Origin: an archaeon
GTDB taxonomy: Archaea; Asgardarchaeota; Thorarchaeia; Thorarchaeales; Thorarchaeaceae
Length of the DNA stretch: 32,000 nucleotides
NCBI GenBank assembly: GCA_024275415.1
Contig: JAJRZD010000125.1
Location: 1 to 32,000 of the forward strand
Direction of reading: 5' to 3'
This document shows positions 9,195 through 17,172 of this stretch, piece by piece (position 1 is the stretch's first letter; every line of letters starts with the position of its first letter). The position numbers and the translations under genes were made by a program. The notes below the pieces were generated by a model, which worked only from the letters and a program-made list of their open reading frames with translations, ran no database searches and was not told the DNA's origin.

Positions 9195-9485
9195 ATGTAC
9201 AAAGTCATAGCGAGAGTCCATGAACTCCGGACCACAGAAGGGCATGATCCATGTCCCCTCTTCAAGTTGAACGAGGAGTTTGACCTCTCAAATCCCCAAG
9301 AACGTACGAAGATATGCAAGTGGGCCATCAACTCTATGTTCCCGGGCGAGATTGCACTAGAGTATGGCGGTTCGATTCCCTTTGGAGAACACACTGATAG
9401 GATTAGGATTGCCTGTCCAGACCCAGATCGGATTGTGGTCTTTGAATTGAGGCAAGAAGAGAAGAAATCTGAAACAAACGAGTGA
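9195..9485 (+). CDS. TIGR04076-like small Cys protein (second paralog)
   Basis: GGAG 6 nt before ATG 9195; motifs PCPLFK, ICKWA and ACPDPDRIVVFEL. Confidence 0.75.
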   Translation: MYKVIARVHELRTTEGHDPCPLFKLNEEFDLSNPQERTKICKWAINSMFPGEIALEYGGSIPFGEHTDRIRIACPDPDRIVVFELRQEEKKSETNE

Positions 9486-10655
9486 TCATGAGATGGGAAC
9501 GAGGCGTCTGTTCACGAACTCGGACAACTCGTTTCTTGTTTGCTCGATACTATCTAGCGCATCTCTTGAGAGATCCGTGAAAAGGCCATAGACTATCTCA
9601 GCCTGCCCGTCCCGTTTTTCTATCTCCCACCTGCCTACAATCGAACCATCGACCCATATGGATGGCCTAATTTCACCTGACACGATGATTCCCTTCCTAG
9701 GTTCTGAAAGTGGTGGCTTTAACTCGGGTGGCCAATAGTCATCTCGAATCTTCGGGAATATCATTTCGGTATGTTCCTCTATGATGTACCATGAGCGGAT
9801 CTTGTATGCCTTTGGGAAATGATCCTCATATGGAAGAAAGAACGGTTCAGGTCTCTCATCAAGTTCGAATGCTCTGAACTTGTCGAAATCGTCATTGGTC
9901 ATCAGGAGTTTCTGTCGGTCCATCTCCACCTCGACCAGACCATCTTTGATTTTCGCAATGATGCCTTTCGTTTCCCCAATCCTTAGCGAAAGCCACCATG
10001 CGATGTCCTTGATGGTGACAGGACCAAAGTGGTCAATATACCTGCGAGTCACTTCAGCAAGGGCAGTTTCCTCGCTCATTGAGGATCTCTCGAATCCTTT
10101 GAGCCAGCGTTCTGCAAGATCATAGGTCAATCGAGTGCTTCGTGCATGTTTCCCTCTGGCTCTTATGATCTTCCCCATCCCGATGCCGACAAGCAGAAGC
10201 CACCTCATCTGATTGCCAAGGTGTGGCAGTCGTTTCTTCAGCTCTCCTATACTCAACTGCCCCTCTTGCAATGCAAGCTCGATTTCCCTGATTTTCTCAT
10301 CAATCTCAGATTGCGTGAGGTTCTTGATTGGAGGTGCTTGTCGCATCGTCCTGACCAATCTAGGACCAAGGGCGTTCTGTACAATCGCATAGTTGTCTTT
10401 GTGGATGATGTGCTGAGTGTTGCGAAATGCAGGCATTCGCACGAATTCTTTTCCTGAGTTCAGGGTGTCGAAGATATCGCTTGAAGCGTAATCACCGATG
10501 CGCGCCCACGCTGAGAGATATGGTGTCCAATAGTCCGTGGAGTGTAGTCCCAATGAAGCCCTAGCGACATCGGAGAACGTTTTGTAACTGTTTCCCACCA
10601 GACCTTGTTTGTACAATTGGTAAGTCCTGACCTGCTCAGAATCACAATCCGCCAT
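9486..10655 (-). CDS. AlkZ/YcaQ-like (HTH_42) winged-helix DNA glycosylase family protein
   Basis: GLHSTDYWTPYLSAWARI, RYIDHFGPVTIKDIAWWLSL, FLPYED, IWVDGSIVGRW match the HTH_42 pattern. Confidence 0.85.
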   Translation of the reverse strand: MADCDSEQVRTYQLYKQGLVGNSYKTFSDVARASLGLHSTDYWTPYLSAWARIGDYASSDIFDTLNSGKEFVRMPAFRNTQHIIHKDNYAIVQNALGPRLVRTMRQAPPIKNLTQSEIDEKIREIELALQEGQLSIGELKKRLPHLGNQMRWLLLVGIGMGKIIRARGKHARSTRLTYDLAERWLKGFERSSMSEETALAEVTRRYIDHFGPVTIKDIAWWLSLRIGETKGIIAKIKDGLVEVEMDRQKLLMTNDDFDKFRAFELDERPEPFFLPYEDHFPKAYKIRSWYIIEEHTEMIFPKIRDDYWPPELKPPLSEPRKGIIVSGEIRPSIWVDGSIVGRWEIEKRDGQAEIVYGLFTDLSRDALDSIEQTRNELSEFVNRRLVPIS

Positions 10656-10698
10656 CGAATCTCAGTCATCCCATTTGCTCTATCAATCTAACGGAAAC

Positions 10699-11499
10699 CT
10701 AGTCAGTCTGCTTCTGAAGCATGTATCTCGCAATTGGTTCGCCTTCAGGAAACTCCCAAGTGCCTTTTACACCTGCCTTTAGAGCGCCAATCTCAAGATG
10801 GAGCATCGCTATCCCACAATCGAGTCGTGGGGAGATGCTCTTTGAGGCGAAGGCATTCTTGAAGAATATCTCTATCGAGTCACCAACGATCCTGAACCTC
10901 CAAGGCTGCCTGTTCACGGCAGAGGGTGCAAGCCTGGCCGCCTCCAACGCGTGACGTGTCCACCCCGTTGGCTGCTCGCTTCCTAGATAGAGAAGCTTCT
11001 GTATCTCTTTTCTCCTTCGAGACCCAATGATTCCCGACATGACTTTCTCTGTCCTGCTCTTGCCAGTGGATGCAAATCCTACCGCTATGACTCCAAGTAT
11101 CTTCTCATACTCTCCAAGGTCAATCTCACTGCTGATGCTCTCCTCTCTGAAAAAGCCCCCGACCCAACATGTATCCACTCCATTGGCTGTCGCCTCTAGC
11201 ACCAGTCCTTCACCATGGAATCCTACCGCTTCCTGAACCTGCTGCTGGATCATGTCCCCAATTAGGACAATGCAATGAGGCGAATCAGTAATCGCTCCGT
11301 ATGAGCCAATAACACCTTTGAATAGGTCGCTGGGTGGCTCTGCTACGATGATGGAGCGTGCCCCAGGAATAGGATGGAATGAACTTGATATATCATCGAG
11401 TCTATCAAGAATCTCATCAGGCACCGGTTCTCCGGTGTATCGTCTCCGAGAATGTCTCGTTCTTATTGCCCCAAACCATCTATCGACTGGTATCTTCAT
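10699..11499 (-). CDS. Nitroreductase family protein (tandem domains)
   Basis: RHSRRRY FMN-binding start, GVDTCWVGG, ARLAPSAVNRQPWRF, RLDCGIAMLHL. Confidence 0.9.
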   Translation of the reverse strand: MKIPVDRWFGAIRTRHSRRRYTGEPVPDEILDRLDDISSSFHPIPGARSIIVAEPPSDLFKGVIGSYGAITDSPHCIVLIGDMIQQQVQEAVGFHGEGLVLEATANGVDTCWVGGFFREESISSEIDLGEYEKILGVIAVGFASTGKSRTEKVMSGIIGSRRRKEIQKLLYLGSEQPTGWTRHALEAARLAPSAVNRQPWRFRIVGDSIEIFFKNAFASKSISPRLDCGIAMLHLEIGALKAGVKGTWEFPEGEPIARYMLQKQTD

Positions 11500-11611
11500 G
11501 AGCTATCATCCTGAGATTGAGTCAAATTAAGAAAAGCATTGAGATAGAGTTCATTTCACAAACCACAAACAATAACTCACCAGCTCCCTTGCTCTCTACG
11601 AGGCGAACGAA

Positions 11612-11866
11612 TTGTCGTCACCCGAGGATATCATAGTCAGGAATCTGACAATCTACTTTGGTCTGGGGCTGCTACTCCGAATCGTACTTTACGGATTTCC
11701 TTCGTTGGAGTTAGTTTGGCTATACGTTACTCTATCTTTTTCGGTAGGTGTTGGTGGGGCCGCATTGACCATCGGTCGTGATTATGGGAAACGGAACTAT
11801 CTTGCTGTTGGCATTCTATTTGTCATTCTCGGACTGCTTCCGATCCATTACCTCTTTGTCGTCTAG
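11612..11866 (+). CDS. Small hypothetical membrane protein (3 TM)
   Basis: 84 aa, almost entirely hydrophobic; TTG start 6 nt after GAGGCG. Confidence 0.6.
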   Translation: MSSPEDIIVRNLTIYFGLGLLLRIVLYGFPSLELVWLYVTLSFSVGVGGAALTIGRDYGKRNYLAVGILFVILGLLPIHYLFVV

Positions 11867-12458
11867 GGATGAACATGGGCACATTCTCAAAATACGCAAT
11901 ATATTCGCTGCCGAACTCTCGCACAAGTTCCTTCTCTTCCTTCTTGCACACTACATAATCTCGCGCTATGATGATTGGTGTGACCAGTAGGGAATAGAGT
12001 TGTGAGAGAAGCAACGACATTCCAACATGTGACAGGATGGCTCCAAGATACTGAGGATGTCTTACCTTTGAGTATAGACCGCCGATGACCACTTTTTCGG
12101 CACGATGGGTTTCTGAAGCCTGCAATCCCAAGTCCCTGACACCACCAATACCAAGCCAGACTCCTAATGCGATGAACATCCCTCCAAAGATGATGTCAGC
12201 GGTCGAGAAGACGAAGGTGTTCTCTACGATCAGAATTGGTATATCAATGAATGGTAGTGCGAACTGTGGTTGTGGTGATAGCCAGATGCCGAAGAGGAAG
12301 ATGAAATATCCCCAGCCAGATACCATACCGAGAGCACTACCAATCTTCTTACCTTTCTTCATACCATATCTGGCATCGAGTCTGGTATGCTCCACTGATA
12401 GGAAGTGAAGTGGAAGTAGTAACAGGATCCCGACCAGTGAAATTAGAAACCACACCAT
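11823..12458 (-). CDS. Isoprenylcysteine carboxyl methyltransferase / PEMT-family membrane methyltransferase
   Basis: GLYSKVRHPQYLG, EEKELVREFGSEYIAYFENVPMFIP; start moved to ATG 12458, 6 nt after AAGGTG. Confidence 0.88.
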   Translation of the reverse strand: MVWFLISLVGILLLLPLHFLSVEHTRLDARYGMKKGKKIGSALGMVSGWGYFIFLFGIWLSPQPQFALPFIDIPILIVENTFVFSTADIIFGGMFIALGVWLGIGGVRDLGLQASETHRAEKVVIGGLYSKVRHPQYLGAILSHVGMSLLLSQLYSLLVTPIIIARDYVVCKKEEKELVREFGSEYIAYFENVPMFIPRRQRGNGSEAVRE

Positions 12459-12526
12459 TACAAGCACCTTGCCCGTAATGATTTGTATCTCTTTGAGATG
12501 AGCTTTCCGATTCCGGGGATGCACAT

Positions 12527-12994
12527 CTACTCGTATCCCGCGATAGTGATATTCCCTATAGAGTTCATCTGTCGGACTTCGATGATCCTTGCTCCGAAGC
12601 CTCCGACAATTCCGGCGTAGAACCACGCCTGATATAAGAGGTCCGAAAAGACTGGTAACTCCAATGCGCTCCATCCAAGTGATGACTTCAGTGTGCTCCA
12701 CACCATTGGATCCACTGCTATCGCAATGAGCATGAAGATAAGTCCTACTAATGCACCTTTCACGAGAGCACATATCTGGTATTTCAGGCTACAACCTCCA
12801 CCGACAAGATGCTTGTAAGTCACAGGGGCTGCAAGGAGAAAAATGGTCGGGATCGACACGACCCAGTAAAGACTCGGAGATGCCAATACGCTCGCTGTGA
12901 TTCCGGCTCCTAACATCAGGATATATACGATGGCCCAGTATTGTACCACCCAGAGCCAGCTTTTGATATCATCAGTGACGCTCATATCACTCAT
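12527..12994 (-). CDS. Hypothetical integral membrane protein (about 4 TM)
   Basis: Start moved to ATG 12994, just after the upstream stop at 13008. Hydrophobic helices with a GGGCSLKYQIC segment. Confidence 0.7.
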   Translation of the reverse strand: MSDMSVTDDIKSWLWVVQYWAIVYILMLGAGITASVLASPSLYWVVSIPTIFLLAAPVTYKHLVGGGCSLKYQICALVKGALVGLIFMLIAIAVDPMVWSTLKSSLGWSALELPVFSDLLYQAWFYAGIVGGFGARIIEVRQMNSIGNITIAGYE

Positions 12995-13007
12995 CCTGTT
13001 TGTGTTT

Positions 13008-13805
13008 TCAGATTCCCTGATTATTCCTTCGATATGACTTATTGGTCGAGAGCCCGTGATGCGCAAACTCCATCTCTTCGCCCCCCAAAAAGATACGGGC
13101 TTCTCCATCTGATAACCTGATCCCTATTCCCCCAAGGAATGGCTCTCTGTCTTGAGCGCCGATTTCCCTTTGAAGGAACATCCTCTTCGCTGCCATCAAT
13201 GCAAGGTCATGTGTCACATGGATATGCATTGACCCGGCATCGTCGGCAGCAAGTCTGTCAAACAACTCTGCCTTTAGTCGGGATTCGTAGTCTTGAAACC
13301 GCTCTATCTTATCGTCAAACTCTCCATCCGCCCACCTGTTGATGAACACATCGATGTTCATTCCGTCAGGCTGGAGTTCATGCCAAACGCTCTGATCCCT
13401 GATCTCAGGTGTGGCTAGGATGGATAACGTTTCGAATTCCTCAACGCTCCCGCCTCTACTGCTGAACCCCTTCACAATCTCGTCCGCGGTCTGATAGCAG
13501 CGGGATACGAAGCTGAAGAAGATTCTTGTCTTCCGGTTCGTTGGCAACTTACTTCCAAACTCGGTGGACATCCTACATCCTGTAGGAGTGAGCCCTGTGC
13601 TCAGTTGGGCAGCATGATTGTTGATGACCTCTCTATGAGAATGACGGATCATTAACAGAACATTGGTACTTGGAGAGAGTGCAACAACCCACTCTATCAG
13701 ACGTTTCGCGCTTTTTAACCAGTCCAAGGAGTCCCATTCAGTTTCGTTTTTCACAGTGGACGTTCTACTCCTTCCATTGAGTGTTTTTTGGCTTACGACA
13801 TCCAT
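13008..13805 (-). CDS. Histidine phosphatase (phosphoglycerate mutase-like) family protein
   Basis: LMIRHS (RHG-type motif), SFVSRCYQTA, HIHVTHD second His. Confidence 0.85.
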   Translation of the reverse strand: MDVVSQKTLNGRSRTSTVKNETEWDSLDWLKSAKRLIEWVVALSPSTNVLLMIRHSHREVINNHAAQLSTGLTPTGCRMSTEFGSKLPTNRKTRIFFSFVSRCYQTADEIVKGFSSRGGSVEEFETLSILATPEIRDQSVWHELQPDGMNIDVFINRWADGEFDDKIERFQDYESRLKAELFDRLAADDAGSMHIHVTHDLALMAAKRMFLQREIGAQDREPFLGGIGIRLSDGEARIFLGGEEMEFAHHGLSTNKSYRRNNQGI

Positions 13806-13833
13806 GATAAAATAGTATGTTCGTACCTAGTTC

Positions 13834-15093
13834 CTATCCTGTGCGCTTCAAGAATTCTCTAATTGCGATTGCAGCAGACGCTCCCTCTCCAGCAGCTGAT
13901 ATGGCTTGGTTCGTGGCACCTGCCCTACAATCCCCGGCAGCAAAGACACCCATGACACTCGTCTGCATTCCAATGTTAGTTGTTATGAATCCCCGGTCGT
14001 CGGTCTTGATGGTGCCTGCAACGAATTTCGTGTTAGGCTTCAAACCAATGAAAACAAAAAGCCCGTCTGGCGAGTACTCCTTCAGCTCCCCGGTATCAAT
14101 GTGCCTTACCATCACGGACTTGAGCTGGTTCTCACCCTTGAGTTCTACCACCTCTGCATGTGTGATTATCTCAATTCCTTCTTTATCCCCAACCTTCTCC
14201 TGAAGGATTGGCGATGCAGACGGTTTCTCTCCCCGCACGATGATAGTCACTTTCGTGGCGAATTTCTCCTTCAGGTACAACGATTCTTCGAAAGCCGAGT
14301 CACCTCCACCAATGACGAAGAGTTCCTTCCCCTTGTAGAACGCGCCATCACAGGTGGCACAATAGTGGATACTGATTCCTGCTAGATCATCAGAGCCAGG
14401 GACTACTAATTCCCTGTAGTTGCTCCCTGTTGCCACAAGGACTGCATTGCAGAAGAGTTCCGTTCCGTCTGAGGTCACCACTTTCTTGTGGGCACATCTG
14501 TCGAATGACCCCCCGTCTTTCACATCGTGACAAGGAGAGATATCTACTACATCATATGGGAAGAGTATCTCGACACCGAACTTCTTGACTTGCTTCTTCA
14601 GATTCTCTGCGAACACCTCTCCTGTGATGCCTTCAGGAAAGCCAGGGTAATTGTCTAATCTGTTCGTGATGAATGCCTGCCCACCAATCGTCGAACGTTC
14701 GATTACTAGAACCTCATAATCATCTCGTGCAAGATAGAGTGCTGCAGTGAGGCCCGCTGGTCCTCCTCCAATGATGATCACATCATAGAATGTGCTAGCA
14801 GCCTCGGTGGCAAGTCCTAGTGCCTTTGCCAGTTCAACATTGCTAGGCTCGATCAAAAGATGCTCTGACTGCCCCTCCACTATCTGAATCACAGGGATTT
14901 TTTTCATCGGTTTTCCATACATCTTCTCATTCGCAGCAAGAACAAAGTCATAGGCTTCTTTTGATTCAGAGGTTTCAAGCTCGATATCTCTCCATTCATA
15001 ATGGATTCTTTGCTCACCTAGGTATTTTTTTGATCTTCTACAATCCGAACACCAATTGGCGCCGTAAACAACAACCTTCCTCTTTTCACTCAT
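13834..15093 (-). CDS. trxB: Glutaredoxin/NrdH-like domain fused to thioredoxin-disulfide reductase
   Basis: N-terminal YGANWCSDC; FAD motif IIGGGPAGLTAA, active site HYCATCDG, GGGDSA, GVFAAGD. Confidence 0.9.
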   Translation of the reverse strand: MSEKRKVVVYGANWCSDCRRSKKYLGEQRIHYEWRDIELETSESKEAYDFVLAANEKMYGKPMKKIPVIQIVEGQSEHLLIEPSNVELAKALGLATEAASTFYDVIIIGGGPAGLTAALYLARDDYEVLVIERSTIGGQAFITNRLDNYPGFPEGITGEVFAENLKKQVKKFGVEILFPYDVVDISPCHDVKDGGSFDRCAHKKVVTSDGTELFCNAVLVATGSNYRELVVPGSDDLAGISIHYCATCDGAFYKGKELFVIGGGDSAFEESLYLKEKFATKVTIIVRGEKPSASPILQEKVGDKEGIEIITHAEVVELKGENQLKSVMVRHIDTGELKEYSPDGLFVFIGLKPNTKFVAGTIKTDDRGFITTNIGMQTSVMGVFAAGDCRAGATNQAISAAGEGASAAIAIREFLKRTG

Positions 15094-15165
15094 CTGTATC
15101 CCTTACAAACAGACATATTGTTATGGAAAAGATTTGCTGTATAACCAGAAATGAAAACAAGTATT

Positions 15166-15186
15166 GAGGGGAATTGAATTCCCCTC
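15166..15186 (-). terminator. Perfect hairpin downstream of the Gfo/Idh/MocA gene
   Basis: GAGGGGAAT-TGA-ATTCCCCTC (9-bp stem), 16 nt past the stop at 15203. On the minus strand it is followed by AATACTTGTTTTCATTT. Confidence 0.7.
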
Positions 15187-15202
15187 TTTGCATCACAATG
15201 AA

Positions 15203-16237
15203 CTAGATGAGGTCAGTGACAATCTTATCTGACCACTTCTGTGCTGCAATCGCGTCCGTATAGTCGAACTCTGGCTTTTCATTCCCAAGGCATGCTTGGA
15301 CAAAGTGTGCTATCAGCTGTCGGTGACCCCATATTCGTGGACCCTTGCCTTCTACTTTCCAGTTCTGCGTTTCAGCACCTAGAAGGGACACATCGAATAT
15401 GGACGGATCCTTACTTGGAACCCAATCGACAACGATTGTTTTGCCATTGTTCCCGAATATCTCAAACCTACTGGTGTCCAATCCCTTTTCCACTGTTGAG
15501 CCGTACATCAGTTTTCCAACGACGCCATTTTCAAGCCGGATGACCCCTACTGTCTGGTATCCTTTGAAGTCATCAATGCCTTCGATTGGCATATAGTTTG
15601 CAGCCCATTTGACATTCTCAATATCCGTGCCGAAGAACCAGCGGAACATATCAAGTGACCAGACTGACAATGTATAATCTGGATAACCACCACTCTTTTC
15701 GATGTCCCATGCCCACGATGAAAGTGGCCACTGATCAGCCAGGTCTTTTGCAGCAATGAACTCCCTGAATGTTATTGCGATAGGCTTTCCGATGGCCCCA
15801 CTCTCATAGAGCTCTTTTGCCTTGACATAGCCGGGACATCTTCTAAAGTTAAGTATCGGCATGAGCACGACGCCTTGTTTCTCTGCAAGCTTGCCCAACT
15901 CCTCGGCCTGCTCGAGTTTTGGTGCGATAGGCATTTCCAGATAGACATGCTTACCACCCTCGAGTGCTTCTTTGGCCATTGGATAATGGAACGGGGTGGG
16001 TGTCGCTACACATACCGCGTCAACCTCTGGATCCTTGCATACCTCGCTCCAGTCGTAGTAGATATTGATACCGTACTTCTCTTTCAGTTTGGTTGCGATT
16101 TCCTCGCTTTTTCGCCCCTTTCTCGCAATTACTCCCAAGAGCTTTGAGTTAGGTACTTTCCGAAATGATGGTACATGTGCCTGTCCACCAACAAACCCGA
16201 GACCTGCACAGACCGTTTTAAGTTCCTTATCTGCCAT
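15203..16237 (-). CDS. Gfo/Idh/MocA family oxidoreductase (variant active site)
   Basis: Rossmann CAGLGFVG, VDAVCVATPTPFHY, KHVYLEMP, C-terminal RFEIFGNNG. Start placed at ATG 16237. Confidence 0.9.
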   Translation of the reverse strand: MADKELKTVCAGLGFVGGQAHVPSFRKVPNSKLLGVIARKGRKSEEIATKLKEKYGINIYYDWSEVCKDPEVDAVCVATPTPFHYPMAKEALEGGKHVYLEMPIAPKLEQAEELGKLAEKQGVVLMPILNFRRCPGYVKAKELYESGAIGKPIAITFREFIAAKDLADQWPLSSWAWDIEKSGGYPDYTLSVWSLDMFRWFFGTDIENVKWAANYMPIEGIDDFKGYQTVGVIRLENGVVGKLMYGSTVEKGLDTSRFEIFGNNGKTIVVDWVPSKDPSIFDVSLLGAETQNWKVEGKGPRIWGHRQLIAHFVQACLGNEKPEFDYTDAIAAQKWSDKIVTDLI

Positions 16238-16472
16238 TCCATTCTCGCTCCTTTTCATCATATGAGTCAGATAGTCATGTTATGGTTGGGAGAACATAGT
16301 TCACTCATTCCGTTCACAACTATTGACTCTTGTTTTTGATTGCAGTATGAACGACCTCTGCCTTTTAAGGAATAGGGCTTATTGTAAAGGTGCAAGAATT
16401 TCTTTGTCTTGTTACAAAACGTAAACGACCTGCTATCTTCCTATCGAAATACTGCTGGATTACCTCGGTCTA

Positions 16473-17117
16473 TCATCTTATCGCTTTCAGAGCTCTACTT
16501 GCAACGAACCAGCTTATGTTTCCGAGCATCTCGTGTGGGAGATAGAATATCGAATTTCTGTCAAAGAGCATACGGGCACTTGCTGGGAACTCCTCGTCAG
16601 CCTCTTCAAAGATTATGAGCACTTTTACCATGGGGAGAAAGGACAGCTCAAACCCTACATCTCCGTAGTCTACTCTCTTCGCACCTAACCGCTCGAATGC
16701 TGTATAGAGCTTCTCCCTATTCTCAATAAAAGCAGCAAGGAGTGCTTTGATGTCTTCTTCGTCAAATGAATACCTGCAAGCCCACGACCCTCTCAATGTG
16801 TTGAACTTCACCCATTCGTTCCCGATGCCCTTGTCCTTTGCCTTGCTGTAATAGAAGAGATATGGAATCAACCGGCTGGGTGATGTTTCTGTATTTGTAA
16901 ACGTATCGACAGTCCTTCCTGTTTCAAAATATAATCGGATACCAAGAATGTCCACATATTCGCTTCCCAGTCCAAAATGGTTCCTGATGGACTGGATGTC
17001 ATCCTTGAAATTCTCCCAGCTCCACATTGCTGAACTCGTATCGAACTGCTCGATGTCGTGCTTATGCGCTATCTCTCGCGCGACACCCATCCAATACTCT
17101 AGAATATCGTCCGGCAT
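16473..17117 (-). CDS. DUF3786-like protein
   Basis: C-terminal LSFLPMVKVLIIFEEADEEFPASARMLFD...LPHE resembles DUF3786; AGGTGA 6 nt before ATG. Confidence 0.75.
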   Translation of the reverse strand: MPDDILEYWMGVAREIAHKHDIEQFDTSSAMWSWENFKDDIQSIRNHFGLGSEYVDILGIRLYFETGRTVDTFTNTETSPSRLIPYLFYYSKAKDKGIGNEWVKFNTLRGSWACRYSFDEEDIKALLAAFIENREKLYTAFERLGAKRVDYGDVGFELSFLPMVKVLIIFEEADEEFPASARMLFDRNSIFYLPHEMLGNISWFVASRALKAIR

Positions 17118-17172
17118 AGAAAATCACCTACTCTGATACATCCGTTCCTATCAGTTTTTACAAACGCCATGC

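Noticed and set aside
11823-12458. ICMT-like gene as a eukaryotic signature protein
   Set aside because: The ICMT/PEMT family is widespread in bacteria and archaea, and nothing in the window points to CaaX prenylation.
12459-12773. Apparent N-terminal extension of the ICMT ORF to 12773, and similar extensions of ORFs at 3750, 7991, 8068, 9087, 13108 and 19882
   Set aside because: The extensions overlap neighbouring genes or promoter gaps, and downstream starts have better SD support or remove the overlap.
16262-16472. AACGACCT occurs twice in this intergenic region
   Set aside because: Two 8-mers about 75 nt apart with no further periodicity; not a CRISPR array and not distinguishable from chance.
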